DNA of 64,000 bases, from positions 128,001-192,000 of the forward strand of contig CBDCDC010000001.1 in assembly GCA_965215195.1 (NCBI GenBank), written 5' to 3'. Shown here piece by piece: positions 39,180 to 48,585 of this stretch (position 1 is the first letter of the stretch; each line of letters starts with the position of its first letter). The translations under genes and the position numbers were made by a program. This DNA is from Candidatus Latescibacterota bacterium (GTDB lineage: Bacteria; Latescibacterota; UBA2968; UBA8231). Under the pieces are notes generated by a model. It made no database searches. It saw only the letters and a list, made by a program, of their open reading frames with translations, and was not told where the DNA came from.

Positions 39180-39938
39180 CTACCTGTCTGTTGCCTCCGC
39201 TTGCCGCACTTCCTCGGTTGCGATCTTTTGCTCGAACTCAAGGGCGATATCCACCGTTTCCAGCGGCTGTCCGGAGGCATCGAATTTTAGGACAAAATCT
39301 TTGAGCACTAAGCGCACTTGGCGGACTTCCTCGTTCAGTGGATCGAAGGCAATGAGCCCTGAATATTTCTCTCCTTTGAACACCTTTTGGTTTTCTATAT
39401 AGGCCGTGCTACGCGCATTGCCCATGCGCAGGTCAAAGCGATAAAATTCGTTGCCGCTCTGACCCCGAATGGCTCGGTAGTAGCGCTCAAAACTTTTGTG
39501 TGGAGAAAAAGACGGCAGACCATAGGAATGCAGGACCTCGCCCTGATTGGTGTAGAGCAACGCTTTGATCGGATCGAGCAAGACCTTGGCGTAAATATCG
39601 TTGATAACCGTGACGCGGAAAACCGTAAAGCGCTTGGGCCTGTAACCCAACAGCGGATCAATCCAATTGCCGTAGGTATAGGGATTTGTCGAGAATACCC
39701 CTTTGCTCGAATCCTCGGGCAACAGGGCATTCAATTGATCGTCCGTCATGGGTTCAACCTTGACGCGCAGCCCCTCTATGGCATATGCGGCCGCCCCGTC
39801 TTCGCCCACGATATACTGTTCCTCTTCACCTTGGGAAGAACGAGGTATCAGTTCGTTTTTGTACAGAATGGTCGGCGGAATAAAAAAGCTGCAACCGGAC
39901 GCGAATAACACTAGCATCATTCCCCAATACATGGCCAT
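39180..39938 (-). CDS. Hypothetical lipoprotein
   Basis: Lipobox FASGC; NPYTYG and YSGLIAF motifs. Confidence 0.7.
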   Translation of the reverse strand: MAMYWGMMLVLFASGCSFFIPPTILYKNELIPRSSQGEEEQYIVGEDGAAAYAIEGLRVKVEPMTDDQLNALLPEDSSKGVFSTNPYTYGNWIDPLLGYRPKRFTVFRVTVINDIYAKVLLDPIKALLYTNQGEVLHSYGLPSFSPHKSFERYYRAIRGQSGNEFYRFDLRMGNARSTAYIENQKVFKGEKYSGLIAFDPLNEEVRQVRLVLKDFVLKFDASGQPLETVDIALEFEQKIATEEVRQAEATDR

Positions 39939-39946
39939 TACCTCTC

Positions 39947-41182
39947 TTATTGGCCCCGTTGGCTAAAGAAATCGATCTGCTGCTGAGCAATAGATCCTTC
40001 CTGCGTCAGGGCAAAAATAACGGCGTTGATGCCAAATCTTAGCTGTGGTTCATTGCCGTAGTTGCGTGCCCAAGTATGGACGTATCCCTTGTCGGAGTAC
40101 ATGGCTACTAGGCGATCTTCTAGGAAAACACCCTCTAGGTAGTACGATTGCTCGGCGATGACTAAGTGATCAAGGCTACGCTGTTCGGAAAAGCTGGGAA
40201 TCTCCAACTCAGAGCCGACCGGCGGGCCGTCAAAATCGTAAAAAGTATGATACATCGGATGGTTGTTGGAAATGGGCCGCAGTTGGCCTTGCGCCCCCAA
40301 GGCACCGCGAAAGATGCGTCGCAAAGACGCCTCCCCCTGACTGAATTCTGTGGTGGGATTGGCATTGTCGACGAAGATGAACCCGCCCTGCCGCAAGTAT
40401 TTCCCCAGATTCTCTAGCTCGCGTTCCGTCAGTTCAAAGGCCTCTGTGGCGGTGATGTACACAAAAGGCGTCCGGAATAGTTCCTGAGAGTCGATAAATA
40501 AATGGGCGTCCACCCTAGCTGAGATGCCCGTCTGTTCGTTGAGGGCATCAACTAGGTTGGGGATGGCCTTGGCAGCGCTGTCAAACGTTGGCTTCAGGTC
40601 GTTGGCCCAAGCCGTACCCAGATAGACGAACCCCTTGACTTTGCGGCGGTCGGTCGGGTCTTGGATGATAAGACCCTTGTATTTGCCCGTATCCAGCGCG
40701 TTCAGATCGATCAATTCCTCGCGCATAGCAATGCGCTTCTCCGGATCTTTGGTGCCAGTGATCTTGGCGGCGAACAATTCAATGGAGCTGGTCTTCAGGT
40801 TGATTGGCACGTCTGGTTGCAGGGTGTACTCGAACGTCTGTACATTACCGAAAACACTGGAGCCTTTGAGGCGCGGACTCGCCGGCGTGGACAGCCGCGG
40901 CTTGAGTGCCGTGACCTGTTTGGTGAGGGCCCGTGGCCTGAGCTGTTGACGCTTGAGCGCAAAAGCCTTGGTGGCCCTAGGTTTGCGAATGATGAGTCGG
41001 GTCAACGCCGGTTCCGGCGCGGGCCGCTCCTCGGCACTCAATACCAAATAGACGAAGATCCCGGCTATCAGTCCCGCACCGATGAGTAAACCCCAGACTG
41101 TGTATTTGGGGGTTTCCCGCAGGAGGCGGTTAAAGTTTAGTTGATCGCTTGGCGCTTGAAAACGGCCTAGGTTTGAGACCAT
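39947..41182 (-). CDS. Membrane-anchored DUF4159-domain protein with a Pro/Lys/Arg-rich linker
   Basis: TM at about aa 27-50; PFVYIT..F..E.ENLGKYLRQGGFIFVD, HPMYHTFYDF, GINAVIFALT. Confidence 0.75.
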   Translation of the reverse strand: MVSNLGRFQAPSDQLNFNRLLRETPKYTVWGLLIGAGLIAGIFVYLVLSAEERPAPEPALTRLIIRKPRATKAFALKRQQLRPRALTKQVTALKPRLSTPASPRLKGSSVFGNVQTFEYTLQPDVPINLKTSSIELFAAKITGTKDPEKRIAMREELIDLNALDTGKYKGLIIQDPTDRRKVKGFVYLGTAWANDLKPTFDSAAKAIPNLVDALNEQTGISARVDAHLFIDSQELFRTPFVYITATEAFELTERELENLGKYLRQGGFIFVDNANPTTEFSQGEASLRRIFRGALGAQGQLRPISNNHPMYHTFYDFDGPPVGSELEIPSFSEQRSLDHLVIAEQSYYLEGVFLEDRLVAMYSDKGYVHTWARNYGNEPQLRFGINAVIFALTQEGSIAQQQIDFFSQRGQ

Positions 41183-41234
41183 ACTACGCAACTCCTGCTA
41201 AGTCCATGCTCGGAAGATGTGGTTGGGAGGCAGC

Positions 41235-41606
41235 CTAAAACACCGCCAACGTATCTACTGCTGAACGCGGTCCGAAAAACAGGCGGGCATCCACTGCCCA
41301 CACCTGAATCAGATACCAGACTCCCGGGCTCAGATCCAAGTTCGTCTCCTCGTAGGACCTTGCCCCCGCGTCTTCCAACGAGCGCGTTTTTACGACTCCA
41401 AGCGAGTCGGTGAAGCTAATGACAAAACCGGATACATTGGCTGCTGAATCCAAATGCCATGAAACCACAATCCTGCCTTCTGCGGCTACCGCCTCCACAC
41501 TAGTGGGCTGAGCAAGATATCCTCGGTGGTACTGCATAGGCAGTTCAGGGTCATTGCTGCACCCCCAGCTCAGCAGACCGAGTAAAAGATAAATTCGCGT
41601 TCCCAT
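41235..41606 (-). CDS. Fibronectin type III-like lipoprotein
   Basis: Lipobox LSWGC; IVVSW...L.PG..Y.IQVWAVD. Confidence 0.7.
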   Translation of the reverse strand: MGTRIYLLLGLLSWGCSNDPELPMQYHRGYLAQPTSVEAVAAEGRIVVSWHLDSAANVSGFVISFTDSLGVVKTRSLEDAGARSYEETNLDLSPGVWYLIQVWAVDARLFFGPRSAVDTLAVF

Positions 41607-41631
41607 ATCCAGTTTTTTCCTGAACCAGATG

Positions 41632-42174
41632 CTAAAACTGGGCAACCAGCAAAACGCCTAATGTTCTGGTCTGTGGCAATGGCGCGATCCGCATTCTCCG
41701 CTTCGCAGCGGGGGACGTCCCGTCCAACAGCAGGACATCGAGCAAATTGTAGCCGTAAATACCCACGGCTAAGACGCCAAATAGGCGGCGACGAATATGG
41801 GAGCTGTCCAGATCGGATTTTAAGTTACCGAGCCAGTGCCAGCTTTTTTCTGCTGCGTCAAAGGACCCCCCATTTTGCAGCGAAAGATAGCGTTCTTTTT
41901 CTAAGGCGAACAGATCGGCCTGCGTATTGTAATCGGCGTGCGAGGTGAGCCACCCCACTAGGGTGACGATACCGGTTGCCACCAATGCCGTGCCCTTGAT
42001 CCGCTGCCCGGCAGTTAGTTGTCCCAAACCTGGAAAGGCGACCGAAAGGGCGATGACCTGAGAATGGGATATATCATCTGTCCCTGCTTGGGCATGGAGG
42101 AGTTGGCTGGAGGCCAACATCAAGGTGCTACTCAAAATAATCAGGTGCCAGCGTTGTCTGAAGCGCATTTCCAT
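41632..42174 (-). CDS. Hypothetical exported/membrane protein (PGLGQ motif)
   Basis: Signal peptide; SVAFPGLGQ..G..KG; YGYNLLD; ends in F. Confidence 0.6.
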   Translation of the reverse strand: MEMRFRQRWHLIILSSTLMLASSQLLHAQAGTDDISHSQVIALSVAFPGLGQLTAGQRIKGTALVATGIVTLVGWLTSHADYNTQADLFALEKERYLSLQNGGSFDAAEKSWHWLGNLKSDLDSSHIRRRLFGVLAVGIYGYNLLDVLLLDGTSPAAKRRMRIAPLPQTRTLGVLLVAQF

Positions 42175-42193
42175 TGTTATACGACCTTCTACT

Positions 42194-45100
42194 TCAGAGC
42201 CGGGTGGAGACGATCCAATCCCGATGGGATTGGGCAAATAGAAAGGCGTCCCTCGTGGCGCGTTTATCCTCGAACAACTGAATCACTCGGTCGTACGCTT
42301 CTACGGCCTGACGCCATTTTCCCAGCCCCTCCAAGCAGACGCCCATGTTGCTCAGTGCGCCGACTTCGCTCTCGGTGCCGGGATAATTGTCGATCACATC
42401 CTGAAAAATCTCCACGGCCTGCTGATAGTACTGGGTCTCCTTGGTCGCTTCGGCCGAGTCCATCAGGGCGATGCCTTGTTCGTAGCGTTCATACGCGATT
42501 GCCTCCCTGAGTTCGGCGACTAGTCGAGGCACCTGAGACGCCACCGCGGCCTTGGGAAAACGTTCCTGGACGAGTAAATACAACTGCATCGCCTCTTGGT
42601 AGGCACCGCGATTATACGCGTAATCCCCGAAGGTGAAATGGACTGAAGCGGCAAATTCGCTCTGGGGATAACGCTCTAGCAGCATGCGGAATGCCTGCAT
42701 GGCCTGTTCGGCGCGATTGAGCTCGAGAAGGCACCAAGCCATATTGTACTGGGAGTCGTCGGCCGAAGGCTCGTCCGGGAATTCGCCGAGGAGACGCTGG
42801 TAATAGACGATGGCTTCTGCGTACTGACCTTGTTGGTAAAAGCTCTCCGCTAGGCCAAAAAGAATATCGGGCAATTCGCGCGCAGCGGGGTAATCTGCTA
42901 ATAGCTGTTGAAAAATTACCTGTGCTTGCCCGAATTCACGCAGGCTATAGTACGCATTGGCTAAATAAAAAGAAACCAATAGGGCCTTCTCCGAACTCCG
43001 CTCTGTGCCCTTTAATTGGGTGAATGTCTCTACGGCGCGGTCGAGCTCTCCCTGAGAGAAATAGTGTGTGCCGAGGGTCAACTGCATATCCTCGGCAAAG
43101 TGGGAATTCGGATAGGTGCTCAGCGCTTGGTTAAAAATCTCAACAGCTTCTGCGTTTTGTTCCAAGCGCAACAATGCGTCCCCTAAAATGAAATAGGCTT
43201 TCTCTTTAATGCCATTCGATCCAGAGGTGCTTTCGTCGGCAAAGTCTAGGGCCAGCAGTTGCCGGGCTGTATGCACCGTCTGCGGATAGTTGTCTTGGTC
43301 ATAGTAGAGATCCATCATGCGATTGAGCAGGTCCGCCTTTTCCTTCGGGCCATCGGCTTGGGCGATCATTTCATCTAACACTTGGACCGCATCCCCGCCC
43401 CGGTTCTGTTTGATATAAGAAAACGCTAGCGCATTCCGGGCAAAGCGGACTTTTTCTGCATCCTCCACATTTTCAATGATCCAGTGCATATCTTGCTCGC
43501 CTTGCCGGTGGTCCTCCACGGCAAAGGCGGCATTGCTGCGACTCAAGTGGATGGCCTCTACCAGCTTGCTGTCTAGCGACAGTCCCAAAGCCTCGGTAAA
43601 ATGAGTAATCGCCCGCCGATATTCCTCCTGTCCGCTATAGGCCTGCCCCAGCAGATAGTGGTAGCTACCAAGCTGTTTCTCATCCTCCACTTGGTCAAAA
43701 GCCGCTTCGAGGGCGGCGATGGCCTCAGAGTACTTGCCCTGTGTTAAAAAGACATGCCCTCCGCCTAGGCGTGCTTGGACGAAATAAGGCGACGCCGGGG
43801 CGACCCGCAGGAAGGCGACGCCGGCCCGCTCGAGCGCCCCTTCGGCTTGGCGCGAAAGAGCCAAGCGCATCAGGGCTTCGTTTGTGAACTCACTGTTGCC
43901 ATAAGTGCGCAACAACTGCTCGGTGCGCTCGGCCGCGGCGGCGTACTGGCCCTGTGCAAATAGCAATTCGGCCAGTTGTATCAGTGCTCGTTGGGTATAG
44001 ACTTCTTCTGTGTCCTCGTGGATAATCGCTTCGTACGCGGCGCGGGCACGTGCTACCGATGAAGCGGTGGCTAATGCCTGATGAGCTAGGGCGCGGTTGA
44101 ATTGGGCGTCTAGGACATAGGCTTCAGCAGCGTTGTACAAAGTGTCGTACTGGGCAATGGCGTACTCTAACTGATCGGTGGCCCCTGATCGATTGCCCGC
44201 CTCCAGATATTGTTGCCCCAACTGTTGATGGCTGCTACCGATTCGGTAGCGCACGCGGTCTTGGCTAAAACCTGCCACCCGTGCGATATCGCCGTATCCT
44301 TGAAGATAAATTCGGTATTCCTGAATCGCCTGCTCGTAAAGTCCTTGACTAAACAGGCGTTCGGCCAGGGCATATTGGATGCGCGCTTTTAGGGTGCGGT
44401 CCTGTGATTGATCGATGGCTTCGCGATAGGTCCGCAGCGCCGCATCTAGGTTGCCCTGTTCCCGATACAGGTCGGCCATGCGCAAATAGGCTTCTTCTAC
44501 CAGACTGCGCTCGGTGCTGAACAGGTCAATAACGCGGCGATAGGCTTGGAGCCCCTCGTCGAAACTGCCCAATTGGGCGTAACAGGTTCCGACGCGAATC
44601 ATTGCCTTAGCAGCCAGTTCTAGGGCTGTCTCATCCACCAGACCAGCCATCTTTTCCCGCTTCATCTGCAACAGCTCATCTTCGCTGAGCGCTTCGATGC
44701 GCTGGCGCTCCACTAAGCGGCGGTAGTAGCCGATAGCCCGCAGACAATCTCCCTGTTCCCGATGACACTCGCCAATTTGAAAGAGGCTGCGATCAGACTG
44801 GTAGCCGGTAGAAAACCTCACTAGCAGGGCCTCAAAAGATTGGATGGCGCGGTCATAGTTTTTGGTCTCGTAGTGAGCCCATCCCGTATTGTAGTAGGCA
44901 TTTGCGATTTGGGGACTATTGGGATAGTTGGAGATCATCTCCGCGGATGCGGCGATCACGGCAGGGTAGGCTTTAGCCGTAAAGGAAAGATCGATGAGTC
45001 GGCTATGGGCCCGAATCCGGAGCACCTGACTGGTAGCTGTTGCGATCACGTGGCGGAACTCAGCCACGGCCCGGGCAAAGGCACTGTCTGATAGGGCTTG

Positions 45101-45436
45101 GTATTCGGCCCTTTTTTCTGCGGTAGAGGTATCTTCCGCAAAGCGGGTATAGTCCTGATAGAGCTTTGAATGGGCATTGCCGATTTGATAGAACGCAGCC
45201 TCCCCGAGAGGGAAACGTTCCTCACCGACCGTCACCTCTATATTCTGTACATCTAGGGCCTTGCTTCGCACCCGGGTAACGGCCGTGTATTCTGCAATAG
45301 CTTGGTCATAGGCACCTTCGGCGTAGAACCGCTGGGCTTCTTGAAATGAGGCCACCAGTTCTTCTGCGCTCGGCGTACGAGCGGCAAAGTATGCTCCGGT
45401 TATAGTGAGCAAGCCTACGATTAGGGTCAGATTCAT
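42194..45436 (-). CDS. 1080 aa tetratricopeptide-repeat protein with an N-terminal signal/anchor
   Basis: Many TPR/BamD-like repeats (YP.S, A...G..Y). Confidence 0.88.
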   Translation of the reverse strand: MNLTLIVGLLTITGAYFAARTPSAEELVASFQEAQRFYAEGAYDQAIAEYTAVTRVRSKALDVQNIEVTVGEERFPLGEAAFYQIGNAHSKLYQDYTRFAEDTSTAEKRAEYQALSDSAFARAVAEFRHVIATATSQVLRIRAHSRLIDLSFTAKAYPAVIAASAEMISNYPNSPQIANAYYNTGWAHYETKNYDRAIQSFEALLVRFSTGYQSDRSLFQIGECHREQGDCLRAIGYYRRLVERQRIEALSEDELLQMKREKMAGLVDETALELAAKAMIRVGTCYAQLGSFDEGLQAYRRVIDLFSTERSLVEEAYLRMADLYREQGNLDAALRTYREAIDQSQDRTLKARIQYALAERLFSQGLYEQAIQEYRIYLQGYGDIARVAGFSQDRVRYRIGSSHQQLGQQYLEAGNRSGATDQLEYAIAQYDTLYNAAEAYVLDAQFNRALAHQALATASSVARARAAYEAIIHEDTEEVYTQRALIQLAELLFAQGQYAAAAERTEQLLRTYGNSEFTNEALMRLALSRQAEGALERAGVAFLRVAPASPYFVQARLGGGHVFLTQGKYSEAIAALEAAFDQVEDEKQLGSYHYLLGQAYSGQEEYRRAITHFTEALGLSLDSKLVEAIHLSRSNAAFAVEDHRQGEQDMHWIIENVEDAEKVRFARNALAFSYIKQNRGGDAVQVLDEMIAQADGPKEKADLLNRMMDLYYDQDNYPQTVHTARQLLALDFADESTSGSNGIKEKAYFILGDALLRLEQNAEAVEIFNQALSTYPNSHFAEDMQLTLGTHYFSQGELDRAVETFTQLKGTERSSEKALLVSFYLANAYYSLREFGQAQVIFQQLLADYPAARELPDILFGLAESFYQQGQYAEAIVYYQRLLGEFPDEPSADDSQYNMAWCLLELNRAEQAMQAFRMLLERYPQSEFAASVHFTFGDYAYNRGAYQEAMQLYLLVQERFPKAAVASQVPRLVAELREAIAYERYEQGIALMDSAEATKETQYYQQAVEIFQDVIDNYPGTESEVGALSNMGVCLEGLGKWRQAVEAYDRVIQLFEDKRATRDAFLFAQSHRDWIVSTRL

Positions 45437-45461
45437 AGCGCGTTCTCTCCCGAACTACCGA

Positions 45462-48400
45462 TCAGGTTTCATCTACGAATCCTAGGATCACATTAATAAA
45501 AGCGGAGGTAAAATCTTCGTTCTTTGTCTCACCTAGGGTCGGATCGTCGAGTTCCTTGAGGCGGCGACCAATGCCTGCGTTAGTGGAAATGATGTAACCG
45601 AAGTATTGGGAATTGTTCGTCATCATCAACACTGCGTCGTACTGTGCAAAATCGTTTATCGGCTGTATTTCGTCGGTCACCGAATAAGGCAAAGCCATGC
45701 CGATTCCTTGAATACCGAGCTGAAAACGCGTCCTCAGCGTAAGTTCGTACTGTAGTTTCAACATTGGGACGATATGGCGTTCCTGTGCCGTGGTCAGGTC
45801 ATCCGTTTTTTGCCACTCTTTCAGATAGCGAAACTTAAAACCGGAAAACAGACTGAGCCGGGGTCTTATCTGCCACAGGTAATCCGCCTTGTGGACCATG
45901 GTCAGACGCGACAAGCGGTTACCTTTCTGGAAGGTGCCGTCGTAGAGTTCGCCTTCGTGCTGAGAATTGATCTCGTACTTGACTTTGTTGTGGACCTTCA
46001 GGTTTTGCACGGCTTTCCAGCGGGCATCGACGAACATCCGCGTGAAGGTACTGTTCTTGAACAGCAGTGGATCGTCGCGCGGTTCCTCTAGGAAAGGGGA
46101 GATCTGTATATTGCGCTGCAGGCCGGCAAATTCGCGCTCGAGTTGCTGGGCAGGGGTGAGTACTTCATCGCTGTAGATGCTCAGGGGGTCGGCCACGCCA
46201 TCTTCCACCCGTTCTACCGACAGCACACCAAAGAATTGCCCTAGGGCAGGTATCTGTCGCTCGTATCCCAGATTGCCGTAGTAAAAATCGCTGGGATCAT
46301 TGGCCGCGATTTGCTCCGCGTCCATGACCCCCAATGTTATACGCGCCCTGCGCAGAGGCTTGAAGGTCCCGTACAGGTGGCGGCCCCGCAGCCCGGGATC
46401 GTAGGGGAGGTCCGGCTGGATATCGTTTTCGCGTACGTCGATAAAGTCGTTGTGGTTGAGATCGAGGCCGTAGTCGTAGATCTGGGGATCGGAATCGTAC
46501 ATGAGGAACGGCTCGAGGTAATCCGGCGTGCCATTGAAATTTCTGTTGGTATCGGGTATGCCGTCCCGGTCCTCATCAAGGCCGGGAAAGATGCCGTCGA
46601 TGTCGGATTGCCCTTGGAATATGGTCGGCCTATTGGTGTACCAACTGTCTGGATAGCGGTCGTTGTCGTCGTTGTCCTCGACCAAGCGGTGTAGGTACAC
46701 ATTATTGTAGGCGACCAAGCTGCCGAAGTTGTTTTCACTACGGCCTATATAGGTACGCAACTCCGTGTTGTAGAGTGAGCCCATGGAGAACAACTCGGCA
46801 CCCAAGCCCAAACGGTCGAAGTCGCGTTTAATCGTCAGGTAATAGGCATTGTCGGCGATGGTGGACCGGGCACCCGGAAACTGTTCGCGGTTAAGGGCAT
46901 TGACACTGAGTGCTTCGGAGGGTACGCGCGGGGCGGGCAGGCCGCTGGCATATTGGTAGAAACTGTTGCTGCGGCTGAACTCGCCGTTTATTTCAAAACC
47001 CTTTAGAACGCCGTACACATTGGCGCTATAGATGCTCAAGCCGGTAGGGGCACCCACCGTGACGCGCACGGTCCGCACCCGGCCGTTTTGCGGATTGCCC
47101 GGTGCCGTGGCTACAGTGCGGAAAAAAGTCGCATAATTGTAGCGGTCCCTATAGTTGGGATTGGGCGCATCCCCGGCCTCGCCTGATAGGTCGATCTCGG
47201 ACACTTCGACATGGTAGTCATTGGCCAACGCCAGTTCGATATTCACCGAAGTGATCTGTTCTTGGAACGGTTCCAGATCGACATAGAGGATGCCGTACTC
47301 ATCGCCATCGAACGCCTGCGGCAGATCCGCCAGCGTATGCAGCCCTAAAAACTGGCCTGTTGGATTGCGCGTGGGGTCGAATTCGCTCAGTTCGTGGGCG
47401 AATTCGGAGTTGACGCTGATCTCCTCGTCGGCGTTGAGCACGTGGTCGGCACCGTAGAGTTTGAAATCCCGATAAAATAGATGATCAATCCAGAAGGGGA
47501 ACTCGTACCCCCGATAGAATACATCGGTGTCAAAAGAGGCGTAGTTGATGTACGGATCGTAGGTATTCCATACTGCTCCCCGGTTGATTGCCTGATAATC
47601 ATTGTCCAGATCCGGCAAAGGCCGACGGTCGCCGCTGCGCAGCAGACCGGCCATATAGCTTTGACGCTCAGCACCACGTGCGCTCAAGCGGACAACGAAG
47701 GGTTCCGCTTCGGGCCTGTGAACGCCGTTGACGAACACCTTGACTCCATGCAGCATTGGACCCCCTCTGCCGTCCTGTGGTGACCCATCCGAAATGCGGA
47801 TGGCGACTAAGGCGGTTGAGCGTTGCACCGCACCCACTACGCCTTTAAGTGTCCGGTGTCCACTCTCCATGCGGGGTTCGAACTGGTGTGCGTTGATAAA
47901 GGTGGTGCCAAAATTGAGGAAGCCCAACTTGCGTTCGTAGTGCGTACCCAGCATCATGGTATTGACAATGAAAGTATTGTTGGGCACCAAGTTGGAGGCT
48001 ATGGCCGAGAACTTGTCCTGTTCTGTACCTACGTCGATTCTCAGGCCATCCACATTGGCCATTTTAAGTGTGAGCGGCGTGAACTTCGAGCGCAGCTCGT
48101 TGGCATAGATGGCCCGCGCCTGCCAAGCGTCGGTGCCGTCGGTGCCGACAATGACATAATTAAAAAGACTACCATAACTCGATCCAGGGGCTTGGCCATG
48201 AGAGAAACTCTCTTGCTGGGAACTGAAGCCACGCCGCACTCCCAACCCTTGGCGTTCCACCCAGCGGATGGACTCGGTTCCGTACAGGAGTGGATCGCCC
48301 AATGAATTGTAAAAGTTGCGCAGATTACTGGTCGTTGGAGGTTGTCTGGAGTAGTCTTCAAACCCGTAGTTCTGATAGTACTCCTGCCCGAACTGCCCCA

Positions 48401-48584
48401 TATAGGGCTGGTCCAAAAGCAGGCGCTGCGGACCCAGCCGGGGATGTTCGGGCGAGTCCTCAACCTCTTGGGCAAAAGCACCGGCATACAAGAATAACAG
48501 CAGCGCCTGCCCGCAGGCACCTACCAAGAGTATCTTTATCGCATTTAAGATATTTCTAAGCACCTTAAACATTATTTTGAGCAT
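45462..48584 (-). CDS. Large exported protein, paralog C (probable OM beta-protein with Ca-binding loops)
   Basis: Signal peptide; LVEDNDDNDRYPD, DGIFPGLDEDRDGIPD; alternating-hydrophobic C-terminal strands; start 48584 or 48572. Confidence 0.7.
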   Translation of the reverse strand: MLKIMFKVLRNILNAIKILLVGACGQALLLFLYAGAFAQEVEDSPEHPRLGPQRLLLDQPYMGQFGQEYYQNYGFEDYSRQPPTTSNLRNFYNSLGDPLLYGTESIRWVERQGLGVRRGFSSQQESFSHGQAPGSSYGSLFNYVIVGTDGTDAWQARAIYANELRSKFTPLTLKMANVDGLRIDVGTEQDKFSAIASNLVPNNTFIVNTMMLGTHYERKLGFLNFGTTFINAHQFEPRMESGHRTLKGVVGAVQRSTALVAIRISDGSPQDGRGGPMLHGVKVFVNGVHRPEAEPFVVRLSARGAERQSYMAGLLRSGDRRPLPDLDNDYQAINRGAVWNTYDPYINYASFDTDVFYRGYEFPFWIDHLFYRDFKLYGADHVLNADEEISVNSEFAHELSEFDPTRNPTGQFLGLHTLADLPQAFDGDEYGILYVDLEPFQEQITSVNIELALANDYHVEVSEIDLSGEAGDAPNPNYRDRYNYATFFRTVATAPGNPQNGRVRTVRVTVGAPTGLSIYSANVYGVLKGFEINGEFSRSNSFYQYASGLPAPRVPSEALSVNALNREQFPGARSTIADNAYYLTIKRDFDRLGLGAELFSMGSLYNTELRTYIGRSENNFGSLVAYNNVYLHRLVEDNDDNDRYPDSWYTNRPTIFQGQSDIDGIFPGLDEDRDGIPDTNRNFNGTPDYLEPFLMYDSDPQIYDYGLDLNHNDFIDVRENDIQPDLPYDPGLRGRHLYGTFKPLRRARITLGVMDAEQIAANDPSDFYYGNLGYERQIPALGQFFGVLSVERVEDGVADPLSIYSDEVLTPAQQLEREFAGLQRNIQISPFLEEPRDDPLLFKNSTFTRMFVDARWKAVQNLKVHNKVKYEINSQHEGELYDGTFQKGNRLSRLTMVHKADYLWQIRPRLSLFSGFKFRYLKEWQKTDDLTTAQERHIVPMLKLQYELTLRTRFQLGIQGIGMALPYSVTDEIQPINDFAQYDAVLMMTNNSQYFGYIISTNAGIGRRLKELDDPTLGETKNEDFTSAFINVILGFVDET

Positions 48585-48585
48585 C

